From Carpediemonas membranifera BICM (lineage: Eukaryota > Protista > Fornicata): 64,000 nucleotides of DNA. Shown here piece by piece: positions 44,101-56,327 of this stretch. The DNA is taken from positions 194,534 through 258,533 of the forward strand of contig JAHDYR010000024.1 in NCBI GenBank assembly GCA_019828565.1. The letters run 5' to 3'. The first letter of the stretch is position 1, and the number at the start of each line of letters is the position of its first letter. The position numbers and the translations under genes are program-made. Under the pieces are notes generated by a model. It saw only the letters and a list, made by a program, of their open reading frames with translations. It was not told where the DNA came from and searched no databases.

Positions 44101-47100
44101 TCTCAGTGGCCTCCGGGATTGCGCGTTGTATCTCTGCCGAGATTGACTCCTTTGTCAGGCTGGTGAGGGCCGGGTCCTTGAAGTTTGAAGAGACCCGCAC
44201 ACACTCTGCGTACTGCGCTCGCTTGCAGGCCGCCTCAAAGGCAGCAGCGAAACGCTTGGCGATTGCATCTGCGGTGGGATTGTGGGATATAGCTTGCGGA
44301 GCCTCGTCCGAACGGGCCTGAGCTCGGGCTTCGGCGTCAGACATAATGGAGGTCTGGAGGCTCTCAAGAGTGGGAAATTTCGCTGTCGGACGCCAATCAC
44401 GCTTTAACTTCGCGACCGTGTCCGCTGTGAGCGTTTGGATGAAAGAAGTTGGGTTTCTCTCGTGGATAATTGCAGTGGTGTAATCCGCGAGCGCCTGGAT
44501 TGCGCTTTCTGGATCATTAGTCGTGAATTGCTTCATTTCACCGGTAATATCGATATTATGCCGTGTTACGAATGAGTTTTATGCAACCAACTCCCGCAGT
44601 TTAGGGTCACACGGCTGAACCTTATCACCCAGGCCGAGGAGCATCCCCTACCCCTCATCGACGACTTGATTGATCACCTACAAGGCCAACAGTTTTACGC
44701 CACGCTGGACCTATCCAAAGCGTTCCACCAGATCATAATCAACCAGGACTCGCGCAAGTATACCGCTTTTGTGGCTGGTGGGAAGAAATACCAGTATAAG
44801 CGGATGCCCTTTGGGCTTCGTAATGCTCCCATCCACTGCCAGAAAGCCATGGAACACATTCTGGGTCAATCCCTTTATACTCAGTGTCTCGCTTACATAG
44901 ATGACATTGTCGTCTTTGGAGCGAACCGTGACGAGTTCCTGAAGAATCTGGAGGACGTGTTAGCTCGCATCCACGCGGCCGGTCTGAAGCTTAATCCTTC
45001 CAAGACGGTCATTGGAGCGACTTCCATCGACTATTTGGGCTGGCGAGTAGACAAGGACGGTAAGCGGATCTCCCCCGACCGTCTGGAGGCCATCCATGAT
45101 CTCAAGGAGCCGACTAGTCTGACGGACGCCCGAGCCTTGCTCGGGTTCGCGAACTACTTTCGAGCACTCATTGAGCGTTACGTCGATATGACTGAACCCA
45201 TCACCGAGCTCACCCGAGCCGCCGAAAAGTTCGTTTGGGGCGACCGACAACATGACGCGTTTGAGCAGATTAAGCGAGAGCTTCTACTGCAGCGCACGCT
45301 GGTCCACCCCTGTCCCGACGAACATCTCCACATTTTTACGGACGCATCAGACTACGGCATTGGTGGCGTGCTGATGAACGCGGAGTTTAAGCCCATCGCG
45401 TTCTTCGCCAAGACGCTCACGCCCCAACAGCGCCGTTGGTCTACGATAGAGAAAGAGTGCTACGCTCTGTACTTCGGTACTACCAAGTTCAGACGCTATC
45501 TCGCTGGACGAGACTTCACAGCTCATCTAGATCACCGTAACTTGGTCTACATGGACCGTTCCTTGAATTCCAAGGTGATTAGGTGGAGCCTCGCACTGTC
45601 TGAGTACTCATTCGACATCGTACACGTTCCAGGTTCCGATAACTCTGTAGCGGACACCCTGTCCCGCCTCGTTCACCTGGACGAGACCTCCGTCGAACCT
45701 TCCCCTCCACCCGAGGCGCATCGGGAATCCTTCCAAGAAGCACATGGCGGAGATGCTGGTCACCTTGGCCGTGATGCCACCTGCAAACGCATCATAGCCG
45801 CCGACAAGGGCTGGCCTGGCATGCGCCGGGACGTTACTGCCTGGATAAGACAGTGCCCTGTTTGCCAGTTGACACGCCTCAAGCTTTCACCGTTTCCCCA
45901 AGCGACCCATCCCATGACCGGCAGCCGACCCTTCGAAGTAGTGGAGGCCGACACCATTGGTCCCCTCTCACTGTCCGGGCAACACCGCTACGCGGTTGTG
46001 ATTATCGACACGTTTACTAGACTCACCCAAGCCTACCCCACGAAGAGCACGGACGCTGTATCTGCACGTTCGGCTTTATCGACATGGATGAAACACTATG
46101 GCTCCCCGACATGCTTGATTACCGATGGTGGCTCACAGTACCATAACAGAACCATCAGAGAATTTTGCCAAGACCACGGTATAAGACACGAGATCGGTAC
46201 GCCTTATCATCCTGCGGGACAGGGTGCTGTTGAAAGAGCGAACAAAGAGGTGAAGAGACACCTACGCGCCTGGATTCTCGAACATGACGACGACTGGGAG
46301 GACGCCTTACCACGAATCACGAATATAATCAACAACGCACCTCTAACCGCCTCCAACCTGTCGCCGTACGAAGTCCTATACGCCAGGGACGTCCACGAAC
46401 CGACTAGACAACCTTCCCTCACCGTCGACCACTTCCGTACCACCCTACGCTGTTTACAGAGCAGACAACGCGCTGTCGGTGGCCAAACTCCAGCGCAGAG
46501 CCATCCAGCGAGTCATCTCCTTGGATCCGCCGCCATGATCCAGCGCAAAACTGCCATAGGCATCGTACCCCGGGGCCCGGTCCGGGTCATCTCCACCAAT
46601 CCCGACCGCCCCAACACCTACGTCGTTCAAGACCTCACCACTGACCACCGCCTGACAGTACATGCCTCTGAGCTTTACCAGTTCGAGGGCAGCTACACTG
46701 ACGCTGAGCTCAAACACTGGGCAGCCCGCAACGAAGGAGAGTACGTGGTTAGGAAGGTTGCTGACCATCGCCGACAAGCGGGCAACCTTCAGTTCCTCCC
46801 TCTTGTGGGAGGGTTACGATGACGACGAAGGCACATGGACCGATTACAGCCGCGAAATCGATGGATTAGCTGCCCTGGACGCATACATTAATGAGCATCC
46901 GAGATTGAAGCTTCCATCACTCAGGAAGGGACGCCACGCCGGTAAATCCCCCTGAGACGTGTGCTGTTGATGTTGTTTGATGAAGAAAGAAGAGAAGAAG
47001 AGGAAAAGTGATTGCAATCACGAGGATAATGATAATGAACGCAAATGATCACCTAAGAGAGAGAGAGAGAGCGTGAACTCGCCGAAACGAACTAATGAGA

Positions 47101-47487
47101 AGCGATGAAACTGAAGAAGCGAGACAGAAGCGCGAAAGAGACAGAAATGGAGAAGAATGAAGTATAGAGCGTGAAGAATATCATAGTTACGTACCAATCC
47201 GTCGTCACTGGCAACTTAGACGCAATGACTCATTTTGTGCCAAATCTGACAAAAAGGACCAAATTTCCGAAGATCGCAAAAGGAATTTAGATTAGGTCTG
47301 GGGACGACAAGATCTTTTATATTTGATCGATATCTTTCAATTTGATGACAATCCACAATGTTATGGTGGAAGTCATGGGGGCAGTGTAGTGGTCACCTGA
47401 CCCGTATATATTTAGGCCATATTTACCACTAGGGTTCGACCCTATTTAAACACTTCGCATTGATTGTTGTTGTTCTGTGCCACCACA
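38110..47487 (+). mobile_element. Ty3/gypsy chromovirus B, 103-bp identical LTRs, AACAG target duplication, interrupted by element C
   Basis: LTRs at 38110..38212 and 47385..47487; gag 38230.., protease DTGA; RT split at CLDFRRL|NLIT; ORF 44666..46822 is RT-RH-IN; chromodomain to 46955. Confidence 0.95.
39748..44611 (-). mobile_element. Ty3/gypsy chromovirus C, 53-54-bp identical LTRs, CGGCT target duplication
   Basis: LTRs at 39749..39801 and 44559..44611; PPT GGGGGGAAG; gag 43319..44536, PR/RT 41875..43182, RT-RH-IN 40557..42281 (YVDD), chromodomain 39822..40196. Confidence 0.95.
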
Positions 47488-48097
47488 AACAGTGGCGGCC
47501 GGAGGTGTACTCTGGCAGCACGAGGGCACCAGCAAAAAGCCCCTCGCCTACTTCTCGAAGACGTTTTCGGAAACTGAACGGCGCTGGGCAACGATCGAAC
47601 AAGAACTATACGCCATAGTATACTGCATAACAAGACCAGAATTCTCGCAGATACTCAAGCTGAAACCATTCACGGTGCTCACAGACCATCGTAACATCTG
47701 GCTCCTACAGAAGTCAGAAGAGGGCACAAGAAAGCTCACGAGATGGCGGCTAATCCTCACAGAGTATCCGTTCGCCATTCGCCATATCCCTGGAGACACA
47801 AACCTGGTCGCTGACGCGTTGTCGCGTCCAAGTGGTTCTATCCTTGAGCTCTCAAGTCACCCCAGTCAAATCATCGCCAACGCCCACAGCGGTGCCAACG
47901 GACATGTTTCCGTGGGCCAGACCCTCCGCAACCTGCGGAACGCCGGCGAGAAATGACACACCATGGGACAGGACGTTAAGGAGTACATCAAGGAATGCGC
48001 CGTATGCCAGAAGCTGAAGCCTCACCCGAAGACTACCGCGCCCTGGCACTCGACCCAGAAAAGAACACCCTTCGAGACGGTTCAGATCGACACCATC
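47488..48097 (+). mobile_element. Host element G0, fragment 2 (RNase H to integrase N-terminus)
   Basis: EQELYAI, TDHRN, ADALSR, HHCC motif, FETVQIDTI; closely related to the pol of element C. Confidence 0.9.
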
Positions 48098-51000
48098 TGT
48101 GGCCAAATAAAGAGAACTAATGACGAAGTGAGGTTTATTCGAAACCCGATCAAGGGCAAAAATGGTTATAACTAAAATTGCCCAACACTTCTCTCTCTTA
48201 GAAGAGTGGGTGACACTCGAGATAATAGTCGAGAGCCTCGAGGTCCCTGACCTCGAGGTAGGGAAGCCATTGGTCGTCCTCGGCACCATAGCCATCCCAG
48301 CGGATGAGAAACTCGAAGGAGGTCTTGTTGGGGCCGCCACGGTGGGCCAGGATCTCTTGTACAAGGTAGGAGTCCTCGTCCATGGCGACGAGCTCGATGT
48401 CAGTGAGGAGGCCATTGGAGACGAAGCGGCGGAGGCGTGTGGCGTGATAGGTCTGGGTGCGACGAGTCGCAGGATTGATAACCTCGTAAATGTCGTTCGA
48501 GCGGGAAGTTATGGTGTAGGGGCCCATGAGCTTGGGGGTCAACTTGCTGTCGGGACGCGTCGGGTAGGTTACTAAGACCTGGTCGCCGATGGCAAAGACG
48601 TCCGAGGTTGAAGGGCCGGGGTTGAAGGTCTGATCCTGGTTAAGGCGGGCTGCTTGAACGAGGATCTCCTGGATTTGGACGATGTCTGGGTGCTCTCCCT
48701 CTCCCTGTGACACTACGTCGATGATGCTGCGGTCGAGGTTGACGGCGGTGCCGAAGACGAGGGCAGCGGGTGACATGCCAATGCTAGAGTTGGTGGTAGC
48801 GTTAAGAAGGCGTTGGACCATGGGCAGGTACAGAGACCACTTGGAGGAGAGTCTGAGTTCAGAGGTCAAGGCGAGGTCAAGGCGACGAGATGACGGTTCA
48901 CCTCGCGGTTGACCCTCTCGACTAGGCCGTTCGCGCGGTGGTGGTAGGGCAGCGTGACGGTGTGGGCCACGTGCAGGGAGGCCAAGATCTCCTTGAAGAG
49001 CTTGGCAGTGAACTGGGAGCCGCCATCAGTGCGGACGGTCTGAGGGAATCCGTAGTGGCCGGCGAACTGGATGAATGCGCGGCAGGCAGACTCGGAGGAA
49101 GTTGAAGGGACAGCGACTAGCTCTGTAAAGCGTGAGAAGTTGTCAACCGTGACGATGATAAACTTGTTACCAAAGTCATCCTCCGGGAAGGGACCCATAG
49201 TGTCGATGGAGACGGCCACGAACGGGTCAGAGGAGAACGTAGGACGCAGGGTAGAAGTCGTCTTCTTGGCTGTCTCGCGGACCTTCTGACAGATGGGGCA
49301 TGAGGCAATAAAGCCCTTGATGTCATCCAGCATGTTGGTCCATTCGATGCCGCGGAGCTTGAGGCGCTCCATGGTGGTCACGGCGCCCATATGGCCGGCG
49401 ACGGGACCATGCACGGACTCAATGTCCACATGATGGTCAGACAGGGAAGTGACAGCCTTGAGACAGCGAGAGAGGACATCTGCGGCCGCGTTGTCGAGGC
49501 CGGGGATGTGATGAATCACGAAGACATACTCTTGGAGACGGAGGCTCCAGCGCACGACCTTCGGGGTCTCACTGCGCGACATGTAGATCAAGTTCTTATG
49601 ATCGGTCTGGACCTCGAAGAACTGGCCTCGGATGAACGGATCGAACTTGGTGATGGCGAAGAAGATTCCATATGCTTCTTGCTCGATCGTGGCCCAAGCT
49701 GACTCAGTCATCGTGAAGCGGCGCGAGACGAAGGCGACAGGTGCCTCCTTGCCGGAGACGGGATCTTGCTGCGCGAGGAGAGCGCCACAGCCGAGCGAAG
49801 AAGCGTCGGTCTTGATCACCAGGGGCTTCGAGTAGTCTGGGAAAGATAGGAGGGGTGCCTGGACGATAGCGCGCTTGACGGTGTCCCAAGCAGTCTGTTC
49901 GGACTCACCCCACTCGAAAACGGTCTTGGAGCCGCAGAGGTCGTACAGGGGAGCCATGATACGGGCGAAATCTGCGACATGGTCACGGTAATAGTTCGCG
50001 AGACCGCAGAAGCTTCGCAGCTCGGAGGGGTTTGACGGAACGGTCATTGAGCCGAGGGCTTCCTTGCGCCAGCTGGAGATGCTGATGCCCTGTGAGCAGA
50101 CCGTGTGGCCGACGAACTCGAGCTCGGTGCGGAGGAAGACGCACTTGCTCAGCTTCAGGCGTAAGTTGTGGGCGCGGACGAGTTCGCATACTGTTAGAAT
50201 GGCCAGTTAATCCGGGGATATACGGAGGATAAACGCAAATTCCTTATTCGTGCTTCAGGGCGTTCGAAGTCCTAAGAAGCAGCTGAAATGATAGATGCGA
50301 GTGCATTAATGACATATCCATGCTTGATGTAACATGTGCGAGATTGGTGGTCGAGCAAATTGCCTCTCGCATTTTAAGGTCGAAGGCAAAAGTGGTCGTA
50401 CGACCAAGTGGCCTTGTCAGCAAAGTCTGTGTGTTCTAAAGAGTATCCTCTGTTGTTTTTATGCGTCAACTCCTTCTCAGTCGCCGGGAACTAATGACTG
50501 AATCAACCAATCAAAAGAATGAAGCTGTCCCCCAGAAAGCAGGCCATACTACGGTGGTATATAGTCAGTATACATCATCGGAGTATGTTCGGTTTTCTGG
50601 GGGACAGATTCAATCTTCTGTATCTCAAAATTTGCAATTTTTTTATCGGCGATAAGATGGAATCAGAAGACTTGGCTCAGAGCTCAAGTGCACTTAGCTC
50701 CATAGAGCTGAGATCGGCAATTGGCATGATCCACCGCCGCAGAAGGTGCCCAAAGAGGCGCTGACGTTGAGCGGTCGATCATGGCCGTTTAACACATCAA
50801 CGGGGGCCTCATCCCATGCAGTATCCATAACTTTTTACCATTTTCTTCTAGCTGCACTGGTTGGCAAATGAGCATTTTGTGTCGCCTTCATCATGGCAAT
50901 ATTCGAGATCAAATCCAGATTTGCTTTTTTTGTGCACAAGGAGCACAACAGCAAATTCGCAAGTAATGCAGATGAAAATCAGATGAATCTTAATCAGGCA

Positions 51001-51271
51001 CTCTCATACACACACTGCTTTAGTTTCGGAGCCAACGTCCATAAACTGAAGGAGTTCTGAACATTGTTTCACCAATTGTGTGAAACTGGTGAAATTGTGA
51101 AATAGTGTTGAAACGGCCAGAGAAGAAGAAGGAACCCCGGCAGCGCAGTTGTAGCTGCTCTTATAGAGCTATAGCAACAGCCAAATTGTCTGATTTATCT
51201 CACAGACCGTTGCGCATGTACCTGCCTAGTTTTTGTACAAAAATCTTGTTTTTTTTAAACTCTACAGAAAT

Positions 51272-53812
51272 CATGGTTGCTCATATTGTGTTCGAGAGCC
51301 ACATCGGTACAATATATGATGACCAGCCACGCTCAGTTGAGCGCATGAATTACCCTCTTGGCTGTACCTACTTCGCCATGGTCGGAATTGGCCTCAACTC
51401 CGCCAGAACAAGACCTCAGCGCGAGCAATTCTGCCAGCTCGTCCGCGAGATGGAGGAGGCGGACCTGATCTCCCAGCGCATTCACGACGCAAGGTTCTTC
51501 CGCCCTCCAGCAGACTCCCGTCCCTTCCAACGTGCCGCAACCGCACACGGAAATCAACACCCTCCTCACCCTGTCTTCGTACGGGACGATTACCGCACCC
51601 ACGCCATCCAGGAGCGTGCTGTGCAGGACTACAACGACTCAGAGGAGCGCTCCGCCAACTTTTCTGAGATCATGGAGCTCACATCGATCCTGATGTACGT
51701 CCGCAATGGCTTCAACTCGACCCAAGAGCTCTTTAAGCTCATCAACAACATCTCCCGCCGGCTTGGAAAGCCGATCTCGAAGAACAAGACCGCGGAGGTG
51801 CTCATTAAGGACCTTGGCATTGACATGACCAGAATATCTGGTGTCTCAGAGGCCCTCACTGAGGAGGAGCGCGCCTTCGTCAAGCATCTCGTGCCGTGCA
51901 GGTCGGTCTCAGGCAATACAACATGGCGGCGTACCATGTCCGGCACGCAGTCGCGACTTGAGCTCACGAACCGTTTGACTGTAGCCGACGGAGCCGAGCC
52001 GACTCCGTTTTTCGACCACGACCTCGTCGCCGACCACACTTGGGAGCGACCGACGCTCACCCTCCACTATGACAGCGAATCCGACGCTGTCCAGCACTAC
52101 CAGTCCCTCAAAGGCAGTGTAGGTATCGCCCATCTGGGCAAGCGACTGAACAGCTCGACCTGGGACAAGGTGGAAACGGTGTGGTTCGATGGCGTGTACT
52201 ATCTGCAGCAGGCAGTGCTTCACCCGGAGTGGCTCGAGTCTGACCAGACGAACTTCGAGCGTTGCTCTCGTGCCCTTCAGGACCCAGGCCATGTCGAGTT
52301 CCAACCACTAAAACTACTCCTGTGGCTCGACGCATGGAAGGGACATACCGCAACGTTCAAGATCCGCATCTACGACCCGTCAGGCTTCACGTTCCCTAAC
52401 CGCATCACTCCCCCCTTCCGACTCGTTGAGTGTCTTGCCGGTGAGAAGGAGCTGACGGAGGAGGGAAACCTTCAACTCGTTGAGGAAGAAGTCGAGCGGA
52501 TCTATCAAGCCCTCATACCGATCAGAGGAACTGACCAGGTCACCACCTTCGACCAAGTCATCGTCATGGGCGATCACGCGGCCATCAGGAAGCTGTCATC
52601 CGGCATCGAGGGTAATGGAGGGCACTATCCCCAGCCCTTCAACAGCATCCGTCGAGACCACAAGGCGCTGCACCCCATTCCGGCGCACTCTCGGGTCACC
52701 TTGCATGATTTGCTCGAGCAGAAGGCAGCGTTCCACGCCGTGCAGGCCGACCCCGACCGTGTGCAGGACCCGAAAGAGGAGTATGGCAACTTCTCCGACA
52801 AGAGGGCCATCTTCGAGAACCGGCCAGAGCCCCGAGTCATCCACACGGAGCGAGTTGTCTTTTTGTCCTCCGATCATGCACAACTCGCACCGCCTGCTCG
52901 AGCAAGTGGCACGGCTATGCGCCAGCTTCCCCGCTGATCGGAACGCAACTGCCGTAGACAAGCGCAAGCTCCAGCGCATGTCATCCAACCGCAGTATTGA
53001 CCGCACTGTCGGGTGCAACGAGCAGTCTGCTGCCAGAGTTCGCATGGCGAACACCACGAACGAGGATTACGAGGCTCTTCCTGAGTCCGTCCAAGATATT
53101 GTGCGACTCATTGGCTATCTCCAGGCTCTTTACTACTCAACCGAGCCTGTCACCGACAGCAAAGTCGCATTCCACTTCTTGGCCGCGTCCATGTGCCACC
53201 TGTTCCACGTCATGCTCAGTCTGCAGGCACACCAGACAAAGCTGGCGTTGCTCCCTCCTGGGCAAGCAGACAAGGCGGAGAAGCCATGTGCCCAGACACT
53301 CTATGTCAACAGCAGGCTCACTGCCCAGCCTCTTCTTCACGATCATCTCCGCATTCCTCTTTTTTTACCTCCTCGAGGAGTTCTTTGAGAGAGAGTTCAT
53401 CAAGAACCAGGAGGTCCGAGCCGAGTTGCACAGGTCGGCCATGATCGAGAAGCTGTGTTTGACCGAGCAGACCACCCTCATCTGCACGTTCTTAACGGGT
53501 ATTCGCTCGTTCGGTCGCCAGGACTACTCAGTCCCCCCGCTGAACAGGCTTCGTCGTGTCCGAGTCCACCAATGCTGCAGACAAGCTCGCTCATGGTTCG
53601 CCATTCGCAGCCACATGGAGGCAAGGCACCAATTCCATGCCACGGCGGCGGTGGTGCGCCTCTTCCAGGAGCTCGTTGACGAGATGTGGCAGTACGTCAA
53701 CGATTATACGGCTTTGGCATGGGACGAAGAGTCTGGGGTGATGGTTTGCGAGTTGGCAGACATGGGTGAGGAGCTTGTTTGCTGCATTTGCGGTCATGCA
53801 CGCGCTGAGTAG
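51272..53812 (+). CDS. Putative DDE transposase, RAG1/Transib/CMC-like (two homopolymer frameshifts near 52860 and 53362)
   Basis: Ordered motifs LLLWLDAW (D), VIVMGDHAAIRKL..IEGNGGHY (D), PPIMHN (H) and YLLEEFFERE (E), plus a C-terminal Cys/His cluster. It is the largest gene inside the TIRs. Confidence 0.7.
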
Positions 53813-53934
53813 TGAGTAAAGGAGTTTTATTGGTCAGTACATCCCATTTGGTGTGTTTCCCCAACTACCAATTTTTTTTTCAACATTGGTAGTTTCACAA
53901 TTTTCACATTACGTCACTTGTTTGGTGAAAAACA

Positions 53935-54860
53935 ATGGAAACGCCACTTCCGACATGGCTGACGATGAATTTATCGCAACACAAGGCCTATATTCAATAT
54001 GTCAAGCTTTCAGACAAGTCTGAGCTCTTGCCGTCTGTCAGGGCCTTCTTCAACAGAGATCTGGCGACTTCGAACCTCGACTGTCTGAACTACTCATTCG
54101 TCATGTATGTCAGACCCACTACACTTCTTGTTAACACAGTCTCATCGCAATTCGTGGGGTTGAGATGGACAACATCAAGGCTGCATGCCTTCTCTTCCGC
54201 GAGTCGTACAGGGAGGGGCAGACCCTGAGCGGACAACTGCACCAGGAGCGGTTTGTCATCGGCTTACGGACAGCCGTCTCCTGCAGAGGTCTTGGGTTCG
54301 CGAGGGTGCTTCTTAGCATAGCATCTGCCGAAGAACTCGTCCGACTGCAGTGCGACAAGCGACTCCAGGACATGTATGCGTCCTTTGGCCTCAAGGAGTC
54401 ATCGGACCCGTCGCAGGTCGAGCAGCTGGTGGACACGGGGGGCAACCCACTTGCCATTGTCACGATGGAGGGCACGATGGGTCCCAACAAGTGGACCAAC
54501 CTCGGCAAGAGCCTGACAGAGTGCTGTGGGATGATAATGCAAGGCTCTACGTTGATCCGCGTGACCAACCATGGTAATAGACTTGATCAGCACGCTCATG
54601 GGATGCCTGCTTCCGACAAGAGGAGTGTTGACTCGTTCGTGGAACGCACCCGTGTGTCCGTGCGCCGTGAACGTGCGGCAAAACGGCCTAACGTCACCCG
54701 CATCAGGCAGAAGTTGATGATTATCCGCCATTACAACCTTCGTTCTTTCACGCTGGTCAAAGAGATCAAGGAAACGAGGACCGAGATGCGTAAGGAGAAG
54801 AAAGCCAACTTCTGGGACAGTGAATGGAATATTTCCGTTGAGGATGACGAAGAAGTGTAA
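53935..54860 (+). CDS. Hypothetical cargo protein with a 35-nt intron at 54105..54139
   Basis: Removing GTATGT...CACAG joins ORFs 53935 and 54165 in frame. Confidence 0.75.
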
Positions 54861-54884
54861 ATGAAATGAAAATAAAACAAGAAT

Positions 54885-55589
54885 TTATAGCTCCTGTGCC
54901 GAACACTCTAAGTAGTAATTCATGATGGCTTGGTATACCTTGCGACGCAGCACATCACGCGATTCTGCCTCAGCACGTTCCGCATTCCGCTTGGCAATGA
55001 CAGAAGTGAGCTGACTGAGTGTCTTAGCCTCCTTCTTCAGAACTCTGGTGGGTCTGGCGAAGATGAGATCCGCGTCGCGGTCACGGCAAGGCTTGCTCAG
55101 GACGAGCTTGACGTCATCGACCGTCACACCGCACGATGAAGCAGCGAAGGCATGGACCTTAGCCCGGTAGGCGATGGGAATGCGGTGAAAGGCATCATCC
55201 ATCTCGCGGACAGTCGCGATGAGTGGGTCGTCCGTGTCCAGCTCATCTGTCTGGGCGTCAAGACTGAGGAGAGCCTTGAAGCGGTGACGCTTGTCCTCAT
55301 CACCGCCTCCCTGCCACTTGCGGCTGATCTCTTCGACCGACTGGAGATTGCCGTAGAGCTTGTCCTTCTTCAAGGAGGCTACTTTCATTTTAGGGACCTC
55401 GGCGGCAAACTTCTGGCTGAAGTCGACAACCCATCCGTTTGCGCGGGTAATATCGTCATTATTAAGGAGGAAATTGCTGATAAAGGTCTGAACGATCTCG
55501 ATGGGCGTCTTGTGAGCTTTTCGGGCTGTTTTCGTGGACTTGTTGGACTTGCTCTGGCTCTTTTGCTGCGCTTTCTTGCCAAGAGCCAT
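54885..55589 (-). CDS. Hypothetical cargo protein with a Lys-rich N-terminal tail
   Basis: Clean 234-aa ATG-initiated ORF, convergent with the previous gene. Confidence 0.7.
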   Translation of the reverse strand: MALGKKAQQKSQSKSNKSTKTARKAHKTPIEIVQTFISNFLLNNDDITRANGWVVDFSQKFAAEVPKMKVASLKKDKLYGNLQSVEEISRKWQGGGDEDKRHRFKALLSLDAQTDELDTDDPLIATVREMDDAFHRIPIAYRAKVHAFAASSCGVTVDDVKLVLSKPCRDRDADLIFARPTRVLKKEAKTLSQLTSVIAKRNAERAEAESRDVLRRKVYQAIMNYYLECSAQEL

Positions 55590-55973
55590 TCTCCTCTCCT
55601 TTTGAGCTTCAGTGGCCTGTATATTGCCTTGTTTACTTCTTTGCCATCGTTGTTTCCTTAAAATGCGTGTGAAAATGTGAAATGAACTGTGACTCTCGAC
55701 ATTGCTGCGCAGCTATGGTATTCCAACGGCACAGAACGGGTTTATAGCATGCATATGATCCATTCTGGTGCCTTTATCCTCTATAACCAACATCAGTCCA
55801 TCAAAAATGAATCTTGCAACAGAATACTCATCCACACGCATCGAGAACGAAAAAGAAGCATATAACCAACATCAACAACCTAATAGAAGGCTGCATGCAA
55901 GCGTAGAGCTCTCCTAGTCAATTCTTCATTTTCACCACCATCGATCTCCACGTCAGGATGAAACCGTGCGCCC

Positions 55974-56130
55974 AAAAGCTCAGAGATGCCGTTATAGATG
56001 ATATAACGACGTCTCTGAGCTTTTCAGCGATTTCAGTTTCTGGCCATGGATAAGCTACAAATCCTGTCAATGTTGTCCTCAGAGGACACTGAAAAATTTA
56101 ATCTGTGTCCTCTGAGGACCAAATTGACAA
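55974..56130. promoter_or_regulatory. Two long inverted repeats in a divergent intergenic region
   Basis: AAAAGCTCAGAGATGCCGTTATA/TATAACGACGTCTCTGAGCTTTT and TGTCAATGTTGTCCTCAGAGGACAC/GTGTCCTCTGAGGACCAAATTGACA. The structures are visible; the regulatory role is inferred. Confidence 0.5.
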
Positions 56131-56327
56131 AATCGAAAATGGAGCGATGAGATGTCCATCGAAAAACGGCCAAAACAGCGCAGGTGCAGAATGAGCTGAA
56201 AATCGGCCAAGGGGTAGCTCTTGGGTCTTTATGGCTGATCGGAGGTATTTACATGACAGCTGGCAATATTTATTGAGATAAAACGTATTTCATTTTTCGA
56301 GAAAGTCTTCTGAGGACCAAATTGACA

